NCBI RefSeq assembly: GCF_000150275.1
Contig: NW_002060945.1
Span: 693,872-757,871 of the forward strand
DNA from: Trichoplax adhaerens
Taxonomy: Eukaryota > Animalia > Placozoa
Direction: 5' to 3'
Length of the DNA stretch: 64,000 bases
Position numbers and translations under genes: made by a program
Notes under the pieces: model-generated
Database searches by the model: none
The model's input: only the letters and a program-made list of their open reading frames with translations
What the model was told of the DNA's origin: nothing
In this document: in pieces, positions 24,164 to 37,214 of the stretch
How positions within the stretch are numbered: the stretch's first letter is position 1
Layout of the letters: each line of letters opens with the position of its first letter

Positions 24164-27100
24164 AATACAAAGTCTTCACAATTGATAATTTTAAAAAATC
24201 GAAATTCACAAACGATACCTGTAGTATTAAACCTGAGATATCACCGGAACGTAATTTTACTTGATTAAGATGAATTTATGATGATTTACTTGCCGATGAT
24301 ATCAAGTTAGCTTGCACATTGAGAATTATTCAAAGGACTAAAATTTTAAAATATTCCAAGCTTAGGTTGATCTGCTTAACCTGAAAAGTATGGTAATTAT
24401 CCAAGAATAGTAAAGCGGTGTACGACGGTAAAGTTGTTGGGTAAGAATTGGTAGTTTAAATTTATACTTTTAGTGTAACGAATGCAGATAGTATCTATTT
24501 AGTATTAATTACCCCAGCTGACCATTTATACAATATAACGGCTAATGAAGTTAAATTGTTCAAATGCTTAAGAAACACTCGTCGAAAGTGGAATGCTTCA
24601 TATATTTGGAAAAGTTGAGAAAAGCCTTCTGTAAATCGTAGCCCAATATAGCTAAATTGTTTATTACTGGCAAAAGACTTAAATGACTGATAAACCAATC
24701 CAAAAGGGGTGAATAGATGGAAATAACGCAATTTCGAACGGATCGATAGAATGGCAATAAAGAAGAAAATATTATAGATCAGCGACGGAAAGAGATTGAA
24801 AACGTTGCAGTTGCTAACCAGCTGTGGACAATTAGATGATAATCTAAATCGTAGAAGTAAAACCAAAATAGTAAGTTGTAATGGCTAACTTAGGTAACTA
24901 ACCAACTATAAAATTTTCCCAAGTATTCATTGAACGTAAGAAAAACAAAGTCGATCATGAGATTTGCTATAGTTAAACGGCGGTTGAAGCTAATTCTTGG
25001 TTATGGTTGATAATTTCATCAATCCGATCCATAAACTGCAAGATAAATATTCAATTACAGATTAATCTTCTTCTACTATGCTCTACAGGAAGAGTGCCTG
25101 CTGATGGATTTGTTTTGGTTGCTAAGATACCCTGTCCCTCATGTGATCAAACTCGGAAAGACAATAACAATGACGAAGATGTTCGGGTGGCTAAATAGAT
25201 CGCTAGCATAGCCAAGATAATTTCCTATTTTTATTCTAATTGTTCATCAAATTGTTCCATTAATGGTGTAATACGAATAATAGGCAAGTTGTTGATTTAC
25301 TAATATCAATACAGTTGTTCCATTGACTTTAAATGAGAATCTATTGACGATCTTGCAATAATATTCAACTTCGAATTAATTTGTGTCATGTCCATTCTGC
25401 CTAAGATTGCCTCGTTGTGATAGTTTAAAATAGATACTTAAATAATCTGATAGTCATTTTGACTACAAAGTGGTCAGCTGGCTTATCATTTTACCGTAGA
25501 AGGCACTTTCAGATGATATTGTCTATTAGCTAGTTAAATACCCTTATTAGTTATCGTATCAATTTGGCAACCTTACTGTTATAGCGACCTGTACTTGACA
25601 ATTTTCTTGGATAAGATACTAGAATTATACGAATAAAGAATAGCAATCATCGTTTAGCCTTATTTCTGTCATTTTCTACTTATTTTAAGAGGATATATCG
25701 AATGATTGATTAAATCAATGATAAGTTTGATCAAATTTATAAAGGATAGTATTTCTTTTGACATAAATTCGAACGTGCTTAGCGATTTGTATGGAAAATG
25801 CTGACAACTTCTATTCCTTGATTTACTCTTTCTTCAATGTATTGCAATCGGAGATCAATTAAAGGCTAGATGATAATCCTTAATGAACCTAAAAATTAAT
25901 GATTTCCATCAACTGTAAAAGTAAATTTCATGTATGAAAGTGAGATGAAAAAGGTTGATCGGTTATACTAATGGCCTAACTATAATTAATTATTTTCCTT
26001 CTCTTTAGTCTTTCTCTTACTTTTTTTTCTGACTACACAATATCACTGTTGACTCGATTTGTAAAACTAACTGTAAGTTGAGTATTTTATTAAGAAGCGA
26101 TTGTATGCTGAAATTTAGTAATAGTCCTAATACGAGTAGTTAGCTGCCACCAGCCTAACGAGTTCACTCCCTGATGTTATGACTGCTGCTCATCGAATAA
26201 GAACAAATGAAACCATTATTAAGATCATTCTATTGATAATTATACATTGAAATCAATAACTGATTTATAATAGCTTCATTCATCGTAATAGCCATAAGAA
26301 ATGAGAGAAATGATACTACATTAAGTACGGTAATTACCAATAATAAAGGTCAGAATGGGCTCTGAAATGGACACAAACGATAAAGTGCTTATCGTCTAAT
26401 TTATTATGATTCTTCCTAGGAATGAGTTATTTTATTTGGTTGGATTGATTTTTTCAGCTTTATCAATAATTAATTTAGCATGCACATAGTTTTATTCATT
26501 TCCTGTAGCTGTTAAAATGATAGATTGATATTATAACAATAGGTACAGGGTGTAGTACGGATATGTCATGAAATCAAAAATTGATAAAAATATCCATCAT
26601 TTATTTATAATATTAAAATTCATCAGCGAATAATTTCATTCTATTGTACGAGAAATTTTGAGTAAAGAGTGTTAAAGAGAAGGATAGGAAATCAATTGTA
26701 ACTTTTAGAACGAGTAGAATAATGTCGATCGTGAAAACTGTTATCCATTTCTACAAAATCATCTTAATATTACAGTATTTTAAAAACGACTAAACAGATA
26801 CAGCTAGAATTGATAAAGCTTTTAATATGAAATCGCACTTTCTCCAAATGAACTGTTCGGTTATGGATAAATGCTGTAAACTTCAGTAAGAATAAATTAG
26901 TAGTATTCTAGCTTATTTACTGATTGATATAATAATTAATGTTAACTTATGTTGTATCAAATCAAATAGTTGTATTATGAGACATAGTCAAGAACTACGC
27001 TAGTTCAAATAGATACTTATCTTCGAATCTCTTGAGATCCTTCAAGTATTTCCATCTGTTTACCCTCCCACTTAAAAATATCATTGATGATATTGTACCA

Positions 27101-27794
27101 AAATAAGAACTGTTTACAACCCTCTCAGAAACGGCATAATTAATTACCATATTCCTTTCCGTGCAACTTCCATTTTATTCCCAATACAAATTTAGGGATG
27201 ATAGTTATCGTGACTAGAAAGTAATTATGGTATAAATATAAGTTTTATCGCTAATGACATTCTACAATAATTGTAATGGTAGCTATAGTTTATCAAAAGT
27301 TAAAAGATTATTTCTTATTCATTAAATACTCATTCTTGCTTAATGTTCAAAGAAATTAGGGCTTGTTATACAGCTACGAATAGAACTGTTGAGATGTTTA
27401 GTTTAATATCATCCTGAAAATAGCAGATTATGAACCTGTATCAGAATTTATAAAATAGACAGCCTCTAGAATATTTGTTTTTTAACGAGAATGGCCGTTT
27501 ATTATAAATGCGATAGTTATTAAGCTGTTTTATCATTCATATGATCTCTTTGATGGTCGAAAATTTCTACGTACAAATTGATGATAATATCATTCACGCT
27601 TATAAAGATAGTAAAAAAACTAAGGTTCTACTGATACATCTTATAAGTACATCGTATGAACTGTTCATTTAGATTAGAAGCAGAGAATGAAATTTATATG
27701 AAAGATTTACTTCTCTAAATTATTACTAACTTTAAGAAAGCCTGGGATGATTTGAGCAATAAATTTATGCTAAAAAACAATACAAGATCACGAA

Positions 27795-27930
27795 AATGAT
27801 ACTTACCTAGATTACCAAATATATTCTCGCTAAGGCACTAAAACACCTGCAACTAGGATTACGAAATGATGCTTTATTTACCTGGATTACTAAAATATAT
27901 TCTCGCTGAGACATTAAAACAGCTGTAACA
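27795..27930. repeat. Degenerate ~75-bp tandem duplication
   Basis: ttacctagattaccaaatatattctcgctaaggcactaaaacacctgcaac / ttacctggattactaaaatatattctcgctgagacattaaaacagctgtaac. Confidence 0.7.
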
Positions 27931-28859
27931 GTTGCAATGGTACTCAAAGTTCAAGTTGTTCTATAACCATGGAGATCATAAATAAATTGAAAAATTATTT
28001 AGTGTAGAAAAAACGGGATATCCATCGATAGCTGTAATTAAAGTTGATAGAATGCAATCGTTGTCAACAGGATGAAGTTTATTAATGAATATTTCAGTTC
28101 AATACTGTTAGCAAATAAAAATAACAATATAAATAATTAGCTATCAATATAGTTTATTGCGTAGTAATAACTATTATTCAATCCATTGGAGAGGTAATAA
28201 CATGCCAAGAATCTACAATCTCTTAATAGTTATTATCCGAGAGAAATACAATCCATAAGGTATAGTATCATTCCAAATGTTTTATAAATCGATGAATATC
28301 ACATTTGATCAGTTTACACATGTTAATTTTATCACCTATTTTTAGTTTTTCTGTATTCTTATTCTTAAATTGAATAAGCTATTAATTATTGCTTATTGAT
28401 TACTTATTATATATCTAAATACCCTTCCAATCATCTTAATGTATTCAAGTTCTTCACAGATGAATTGCATGCTCTAATTTCTATTTAGTTACCACTTAAC
28501 AGTCAATTTGTTGTCAATTTATTATTTTGAGTATGCTGATGACTTACTTATAATATTCATAGACCAAGAAATTTACTAGATGATATACTAGCATTTATGT
28601 AAAATAGTGTAACGATACTAAAACTGCTGTTTATTAACCCAACTTAGTCAAAAGCGAGTGATAGTTTTTCAGTGCTAAATATTAACGTACTAATGAAGAT
28701 TGACAATAATGCTACCATAAAGTAGATATTTCTTTACATTTATACACTAAAAATAATGACAACTTTAAATGAGATGCAAGTACCATTTTTACATTGTATC
28801 CGTACATGTATTTTTACTCCTATAATTCAATTTCTTAAATCTATTCGTAGAATTAGTCG

Positions 28860-29092
28860 CATTATCTTGACATTATACTTATTTCGGATACTACATATAT
28901 TGAAAAATAAGGGATAAAAGAATAGATTATCTATTCTGGTAACACATTTCTATCGGTGTCTATGTGTATTACACTTGTATAACTCAACCTATTAAATCTA
29001 TTTACGGGATTAATCATTTTATCTTGATATCATTCTCAGTTCGTATATTACACATATTGGAAAGCAAGGAATTAATGAATAGCTTAATCTAA
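28860..29092. repeat. Degenerate ~75-bp direct repeat pair
   Basis: ttatcttgacattatacttatttcggatactacatatattgaaaaataagggat...aatagattatct versus ttatcttgatatcattctcagttcgtatattacacatattggaaagcaaggaat...aatagcttaatct. Confidence 0.55.
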
Positions 29093-29954
29093 TGCATAAA
29101 ATTGATATCCATTCTTTTAGTTATAGAATTATCCTAAAGTTTCGCGACTACGATTTGTGCACAGATAAGTACAAAGTAAATTTAGCTATAATTAAGTTAG
29201 TTATTCCATTTCTTTCTAGGCATACACGCATATATTAGGACTAAAAGATTAAAACACTGCCCACCGTTATTTGTCAAAAATATTCCGTTACAGATATACA
29301 TATGATGGGTTAATTGCTGTTTATTAATGTATTAATCTTCGTAATTATTTCTGTCTCTGTAATTAACAAAAAGCTGGAACTTATAATCAATATGGTCAAA
29401 GAAATGTTTGCAGATTGCATAATAATTTAGAAATACAGTGATATTAAAATAGAACTCAAAAAATTTGTAAGACTGTGATATAATATGGTGTTAGACTTTA
29501 AAATAGATACGACTATATGATGTAAATAATAATTTTTCAAAATAATTCAAAAATGGCAGTGTTTTGGGTATGGATGTCATTTAAAATGTATCATGGAAAA
29601 AGCTATTAATTTTACCCTTACATTTCAGTTCATTAATCAAGTAATCATTCTATTTCTGATCAATTATTGTGATTCCATTTTGTGCTTGAAAATATTTTAA
29701 AATTTCTTACAACTAATAACTTTATATTTGTGTCTATACTCTGCATAATTTAAGTAGGATATATATATATGATAGATGATTGATATCTTCTATGCACATA
29801 AAGTAAAAATCATAATCATCGCAATTGTGATGTAATCATAGTAAATTAATATAGTCGTCCAACATAGGTGATGGTGCTACATTCATCAGTCAGTACTAGT
29901 TTGCTTTTACAGTATCTTTAAATTGACCATCGTTAGGAAAAATTTTAATTTTTC

Positions 29955-30674
29955 TTAATCCTCTTTGACTTTAACCTCCGTTCTCCTACTCATAAACCTT
30001 ATTACAATTAATGGTAATACGATGGAAATGATAGGTCCTATCCAATATATGAGTAAATGCAGGTTTAAATCTTCAGTATTACAATGAGCAGTCATGGTTT
30101 TAGCCATAATTGGATTGATAAAAACATCGATATGGCCGTAATAGAGATAGGTTATAGCAACGACGTAAAGTGTTTGTGAAACTCGATTGAAATCTTCATA
30201 ACGACGAGTACACCAATCTAGTAAAAAGAGAAGTGAAGTACCTATAAATTCAATCCATGCGCGTTGAATTGGATCAAGACTTTGACAAGGATGATCTTGA
30301 TAGAAATGCTGAAAATAGTGATGAGGAAAGTAGTAAGGTGTAAAGAGATAAGCAGCGTAACCACCACATAACTGAGCAATCAAAAGAAGCAAATAGAAGA
30401 AGAAACGCCCGTCCAGAATAACAATTTCAGATATCCAACCTACATGACCAGTACATCCATCGAAGAAATAACATGTAGCTAAAATAACTGAGAACAACCT
30501 TAACATTCGAATAGGCAAGGAAAATTGATGATCGGTAAAATTCAATTCCTGTATACAACAACTAAGTTGAAAGATGGCCATAAATTCACCAAAAATAAGC
30601 CGACCATCACCCTTTAAAAATGGACGAACTAGACGACGTAATATTTGGCATAAAACAAAGGTAACGATTAACAT
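29955..30674 (-). CDS. Unorthodox aquaporin (AQP11/12-like), single coding exon
   Basis: Six hydrophobic helices; EFMAIFQLSCCIQEL, WIEFIGT, FINPIMA with the family Cys (NPIMAKTMTAHC), YWIGPI; basic/acidic C-terminal tail KVKED. Confidence 0.85.
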   Translation of the reverse strand: MLIVTFVLCQILRRLVRPFLKGDGRLIFGEFMAIFQLSCCIQELNFTDHQFSLPIRMLRLFSVILATCYFFDGCTGHVGWISEIVILDGRFFFYLLLLIAQLCGGYAAYLFTPYYFPHHYFQHFYQDHPCQSLDPIQRAWIEFIGTSLLFLLDWCTRRYEDFNRVSQTLYVVAITYLYYGHIDVFINPIMAKTMTAHCNTEDLNLHLLIYWIGPIISIVLPLIVIRFMSRRTEVKVKED

Positions 30675-31894
30675 CTTGCAATTAAAACAGGATTAAAAAA
30701 GATCCAGTAATCCAAGTGAATTTTTTCAATAAAATGAAGGTATAATTAAGGAATATTAAACCTCCAATGTCTAGTAGTAACTATAAATTCATTCATCCAT
30801 TGGACTAATCTAATTTAGAGTGGTGTTTTGTTGATGGATGAACAACCGTACGGCACGTTATGGCAGTTAACGGGACGCAGGGACGTCTAGACACTAGTTG
30901 CACCAGCTGGCTCAAATCCAGTAAGAGATCCTGATTGCGTTGCTAACTAACTGTCAATAAATTTTCTGTCTATATCAGGTATAAAAAATTCATCATGTAT
31001 TATTATACATCAACATGAGTCAGAATATGGCTACATTTCCTTGAATAAACAGTATTGGTATCGACTGTAGATTTAAGCCAATGACGGAATGGACGAGGAA
31101 CTAGGCTAATAATAACACTCCATTTTTTACAAGTAATAATAATATGTGCTAGAGTACACAATCTTTTATAAAGATTTACCCTAGATAATTCATTATATTA
31201 TAATTATAAACCACTGGTTGCTATCCTACTTCATTAAGATACTACCCCAAAGGTTATGTTTAGGTCTTATGCTATGATCTTCAAAACTACCCCTATTAAG
31301 TATTCCATACGATAGGTGTATATCATCAATGCTTGGCTACTGATTCTAAAGGAATAATCACAACATTCCATCCTATGATGATAGACAGTAGTTGATAAAT
31401 TGGCAGAATAAATTAATTCTTCTATCTAGTAGTACTAGAAGATATAAAATAAAATATCTGCAACTCTATGCCAACCCAAGTGGATAAAGGGCCAATATAG
31501 CAGACATACTCAAACAGGATCAATTTATCTATAGAACTGTATTATAAATCAAATGAGAAAAGTTTGAAGCTGCAACACTGTAAACTCTACCCAAACGGAT
31601 AGGGCATTGATACAAAAGTAAAACAAGACCAATGACTAGATACCACTGATACTCAAAGATGATCTACGATAACTAGATAATAACCATGTGAAATAAAACT
31701 AGTGCTTAGCTTGTATGTCGACTATTTACGGGTATCTAGTAGAGCATAAGTACCTAAACATGACCAGTACTACCGTACGAAGACCTTAATCGTAATCCTA
31801 GAAGACCGTCAATATAAAGTAATTTTTATTCAATGATATGATGACAACAAGAATTAATTAGTTATAGAATTTGATTTGGAATTAATAGACAATA

Positions 31895-32285
31895 CTAGTA
31901 GTTAACGGTCCAATCTATTGACGGTGCCAAATATCATCATAATTAGACGACAAGATCAAGATCTCAACTGTACTTACATAAGACCATCGATAGAATTGCT
32001 GTTTAACAATATAACAAGAATTATAGTATGGTTTTAGTTAGAAAATAGAATATAGATTAGAAATAATATATAACGTTAATGTTAACGGTCCAAACCATTG
32101 ACGATGCTAAATATCATTACAAGTGGAGGATAACATCACATGAAGATCTCGATCGTGCTTATCCTAGGCCATTGATAGAATTAGATAATTTTCATTCAAT
32201 GATATATCACTATAAGTGTTAAAAAATTGGGTATAATACTAGCGATTAACAGTCTAATCCTTCGATGATGCCAAATATCATCTTG
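31895..32285. repeat. Three degenerate ~170-180-bp units (also present at ~35830-36220)
   Basis: ttaacggtccaatctattgacggtgccaaatatcat / ttaacggtccaaaccattgacgatgctaaatatcat / ttaacagtctaatccttcgatgatgccaaatatcat. Confidence 0.7.
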
Positions 32286-33195
32286 ATTCAACATAAAGCT
32301 ACAAGCTAAGCCCTAAGAAACATTTCCAGATCGACAGGAATGATCGAATCAAACGGTTAGTCAATTTCTACTACATGTAAAATGATGATCATCATACTAA
32401 GATTTATAGTCCAGATATCGATAGTGCACGTCAAGCTATAGATTTTGACACAGTCATCCATTTTGAAGGCACTATCATTAATGTTTATAGTTAGCCCACC
32501 TCTGATATTTAGTCTAATTTCTATCATCAAGAATTATAAGTGAAATTTAGGTAATGTTATATTATTAATGCAGTATTATAATATTATCTTCTTTGTCGTA
32601 GTTCGCGAAGGTGTGTAAGTTATACTAATCAAATGGAAGACAAAATTTTTAATACGCTTATTTATAGCTAAAGCTATCTTTAGTAAGGCTGATCAAGTTA
32701 AATAGGAATTAGTATATGTTATATTTATTTAAAACGAACAAATACTATATCTGCTATCTCTACTACCTTCGAAATAATACGAATCTTAATTTTTCCAACT
32801 ATTAAAGTATGATACCATTAAATTGATAGTATTTATTAGAAAGTCGTGATCATGAAATTGTAAAGCAAAGTACGGATGGGATTCTAGCAGAGTCATCCTG
32901 AAATATGATAGAAAATTGTAATTTTTATTACCGATTGTTCTATACTTGGATTGCAGATGAAATAAACCGAGTGATTGGCTACTAACGTACACATCTGTAA
33001 CTAGATAGTTCATTCCTACTCTTAATTAGTTCATCGGGTCACTATCTGCTTGCCATTTAGGCATCTTGTAATAGAATCTTCTCTACTACTGTACTTATTG
33101 ATTGACTTTGCTGTAAATTTAAATGGAAAGCATCAATCTGCTCATCAGTTATCCTTAATTAGCTGATACTCGCATTCCCACAACTATTATTCATA

Positions 33196-33245
33196 NNNNN
33201 NNNNNNNNNNNNNNNNNNNNNNNNNNNNNNNNNNNNNNNNNNNNN
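33196..33245. other. Assembly gap (50 N)
   Basis: Run of N. Confidence 1.
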
Positions 33246-34743
33246 CGCATTATTCTTTGGCATTAGTCTTGGAATGAATAAAGTTAAAGTTAAAATGCCT
33301 TCTTTAGTGCTTTCGCCAATTATTCTAAAGAAACTGAGGAACTTAAGACTGAATCAACAAAATCAATCAAAGAATTTAAGGATGACTATATTTCACCGAT
33401 CTATCATTTAAACGCTAATGTCAAGCATTGCATTGAGAAGCTTTCAAACCAATCTGATAATCTAAATCATTCAGGTATTTTATATTAAAATAGATTTACT
33501 ATCTAAGATGAATAAAGTGACAGTAAAAATATAATCAAGAAATAATGCTGCTTAATCTGGTCCTTCATTTAAATTATTAAGATTTATTAGAGCCTTTACG
33601 TAAAGAGCTTATTAGAATAAAACTACAAGCAAAAGAAACCTCTCAAAGCTTACAACATGAACAAGAAATGATACAATTAGAATTAAAAATGCCATCAGAA
33701 TCTGCTGAAGCGCCTGATGTAAAAAGTATGAGATTTAAATCCTATTTCATAGATAAATATTAGTATGAAACTTCTTGCTAATACTGGTATCTACGGTACG
33801 TTAGCATATGTTGTAGTTATAACCTTGATTGATTGATTTTGTAGATCAGTATTCCGATATCGGAATACCTGAAGAAGCTATGCTTATGGAATGGCCAAAT
33901 AAGAGCTTAAAAGAGGCAATTTTACAAGAATTCTTAAGCCTAGACAACCAGTACAAAGAGCGATTAAACCAATTAAAGGAACAACATCAGCAAATTTTAA
34001 AGTTCGTATCTATTAGGAAATTTTAAGATTACAGTAGTAAATTATGTGCACGATATAACGTCTAAACACTCTTGTTAATTCTCTTCGCTTACCGTCTAGA
34101 TCAAGGTTAGGCGATTGGTCAGAAGAGAATCACTTGCAATTCGTAATGCTTCGAGAGCAATATCCGACAACCATGAGAAATAGAAGAAAGTTGCTCCTAG
34201 ATCGGATAAAGCGTCAGTTACCGACTATATCCGTTTTAGAATTTGTAAGAAAATTGCACTAGCTGTGCTAAATTGAACTGCAGTATAGGCGCAATAAATA
34301 CTATCTTAAATTTTATTATTTCCTTGTATACGTATTATAGGATAAACATGAGCGTTGGTGGATCGAATATAACTGGTATCATGAACGGCGAACTGAACTG
34401 CTACATAGCTGGTCTCGATCGCGTAATGAATTATTAATTAAAAGCAAAGCTCTACTAGCTGATGCTTGGTCAAATAATGAAGTAATTAAAGCCAAGGAAG
34501 TGGCAATAAGACAGCAAGAACGTCTTTGTCAAGAATTACACCAAAAAGTTTGTATAACTAATTAAACTCTCGTTTCTATAAAAATTAATCCTATTAATCT
34601 GTGATAGCATTGCTAGTGATTGCTGGTGAGAATATACCACCCAATTGATCGATCGTAAATCAATTACTTATCTTTCGTGACATGGCTTAAGGTTACGATA
34701 TGGCGTGAACAAAAATTAGAGCTGCTAAAATTAGAAGAAGAAA

Positions 34744-35318
34744 NNNNNNNNNNNNNNNNNNNNNNNNNNNNNNNNNNNNNNNNNNNNNNNNNNNNNNNNN
34801 NNNNNNNNNNNNNNNNNNNNNNNNNNNNNNNNNNNNNNNNNNNNNNNNNNNNNNNNNNNNNNNNNNNNNNNNNNNNNNNNNNNNNNNNNNNNNNNNNNNN
34901 NNNNNNNNNNNNNNNNNNNNNNNNNNNNNNNNNNNNNNNNNNNNNNNNNNNNNNNNNNNNNNNNNNNNNNNNNNNNNNNNNNNNNNNNNNNNNNNNNNNN
35001 NNNNNNNNNNNNNNNNNNNNNNNNNNNNNNNNNNNNNNNNNNNNNNNNNNNNNNNNNNNNNNNNNNNNNNNNNNNNNNNNNNNNNNNNNNNNNNNNNNNN
35101 NNNNNNNNNNNNNNNNNNNNNNNNNNNNNNNNNNNNNNNNNNNNNNNNNNNNNNNNNNNNNNNNNNNNNNNNNNNNNNNNNNNNNNNNNNNNNNNNNNNN
35201 NNNNNNNNNNNNNNNNNNNNNNNNNNNNNNNNNNNNNNNNNNNNNNNNNNNNNNNNNNNNNNNNNNNNNNNNNNNNNNNNNNNNNNNNNNNNNNNNNNNN
35301 NNNNNNNNNNNNNNNNNN
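34744..35318. other. Assembly gap (575 N)
   Basis: Run of N. Confidence 1.
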
Positions 35319-37214
35319 GACAGTAGTTGATAAATTGGCAGAAAAATTAATTCTTCTATCTAGTAGTACTAGAAGATATAAAATAAAATATCTGCAACTC
35401 TATGCCAACCCAAGTGGATAAAGGGCCAATATAGTAGACATACTCAAACAGGATCAATTTATCTATAGAACTGTATTATATATCAAATGAGAAAAGTTTG
35501 AAGCTGCAACACTGTAAACTCTACCCAAACGGATAGGGCATTGATACAAAAGTAAAACAAGACCAATGACTAGATACCACTGATACTCAAAGATGATCTA
35601 CGATAACTAGATAATAACCATGTGAAATAAAACTAGTGCTTAGCTTGTATGTCGACTATTTACGGGTATCTAGTAGAGCATAAGTACCTAAACATGACCA
35701 GTACTACCGTACGAAGACCTTAATCGTAATCCTAGAAGACCGTCAATATAAAGTAATTTTTATTCAATGATATGATGACAACAAGAATTAATTAGTTATA
35801 GAATTTGATTTGGAATTAATAGACAATACTAGTAGTTAACGGTCCAATCTATTGACGGTGCCAAATATCATCATAATTAGACGACAAGATCAAGATCTCA
35901 ACTGTACTTACATAAGACCATCGATAGAATTGCTGTTTAACAATATAACAAGAATTATAGTATGGTTTTAGTTAGAAAATAGAATATAGATTAGAAATAA
36001 TATATAACGTTAATGTTAACGGTCCAAACCATTGACGATGCTAAATATCATTACAAGTGGAGGATAACATCACATGAAGATCTCGATCGTGCTTATCCTA
36101 GGCCATTGATAGAATTAGATAATTTTCATTCAATGATATATCACTATAAGTGTTAAAAAATTGGGTATAATACTAGCGATTAACAGTCTAATCCTTCGAT
36201 GATGCCAAATATCATCTTGATTCAACATAAAGCTACAAGCTAAGCCCTAAGAAACATTTCCAGATCGACAGGAATGATCGAATCAAACGGTTAGTCAATT
36301 TCTACTACATGTAAAATGATGATCATCATACTAAGATTTATAGTCCAGATATCGATAGTGCACGTCAAGCTATAGATTTTGACACAGTCATCCATTTTGA
36401 AGGCACTATCATTAATGTTTATAGTTAGCCCACCTCTGATATTTAGTCTAATTTCTATCATCAAGAATTATAAGTGAAATTTAGGTAATGTTATATTATT
36501 AATGCAGTATTATAATATTATCTTCTTTGTCGTAGTTCGCGAAGGTGTGTAAGTTATACTAATCAAATGGAAGACAAAATTTTTAATACGCTTATTTATA
36601 GCTAAAGCTATCTTTAGTAAGGCTGATCAAGTTAAATAGGAATTAGTATATGTTATATTTATTTAAAACGAACAAATACTATATCTGCTATCTCTACTAC
36701 CTTCGAAATAATACGAATCTTAATTTTTCCAACTATTAAAGTATGATACCATTAAATTGATAGTATTTATTAGAAAGTCGTGATCATGAAATTGTAAAGC
36801 AAAGTACGGATGGGATGGTTCTAGCAGAGTCATCCTGAAATATGATAGAAAATTGTAATTTTTATTACTGATTGTTCTATACTTGGATTGCAGATGAAAT
36901 AAACCGAGTGATTGGCTACTAACGTACACATCTGTAACTAGATAGTTCATTCCTACTCTTAATTAGTTCATCCGGTCACTATCTGCTTGCCATTTAGGCA
37001 TCTTGTAATAGAATCTTCTCTACTACTGTACTTATTGATTGACTTTGCTGTAAATTTAAATGGAAAGCATCAATCTGCTCATCAGTTATCCTTAATTAGC
37101 TGATACTCGCATTCCCACAACTATTATTCATAGTTATTACCGTCATTCGTTCAAGATCGTGATAGTATCAATACAAGAAAGTCGTAAATACGTAAAGATA
37201 CAATTGAAGAAAAG

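Larger units (their letters stand above)
31384..34743 (+). repeat. Near-identical duplicate of 35319-39183 (probable uncollapsed haplotype), including partial CCDC148 exons at 33246-34743
   Basis: Sequence matches at offsets of about 3935 (before the 50-N gap) and 4440 (after it). There are a few SNPs and a 3-bp indel, and both copies abut the 575-N gap. Confidence 0.9.

Noticed and set aside
24495-24866. 123-aa and 65-aa minus-strand ORFs
   Set aside because: No recognisable motif, non-ATG starts, no convincing splice partners.
25120-25200. Minus-strand tttag|C CAC CCG AAC ATC (HPNI), reminiscent of a kinase exon start
   Set aside because: Similarity is limited to about 4-6 residues, needs frameshifts, and no other kinase motifs were seen nearby.
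34677-35330. 217-aa ORF in the track
   Set aside because: Artefact of translating through the N gap; only the start overlaps a CCDC148 exon copy.
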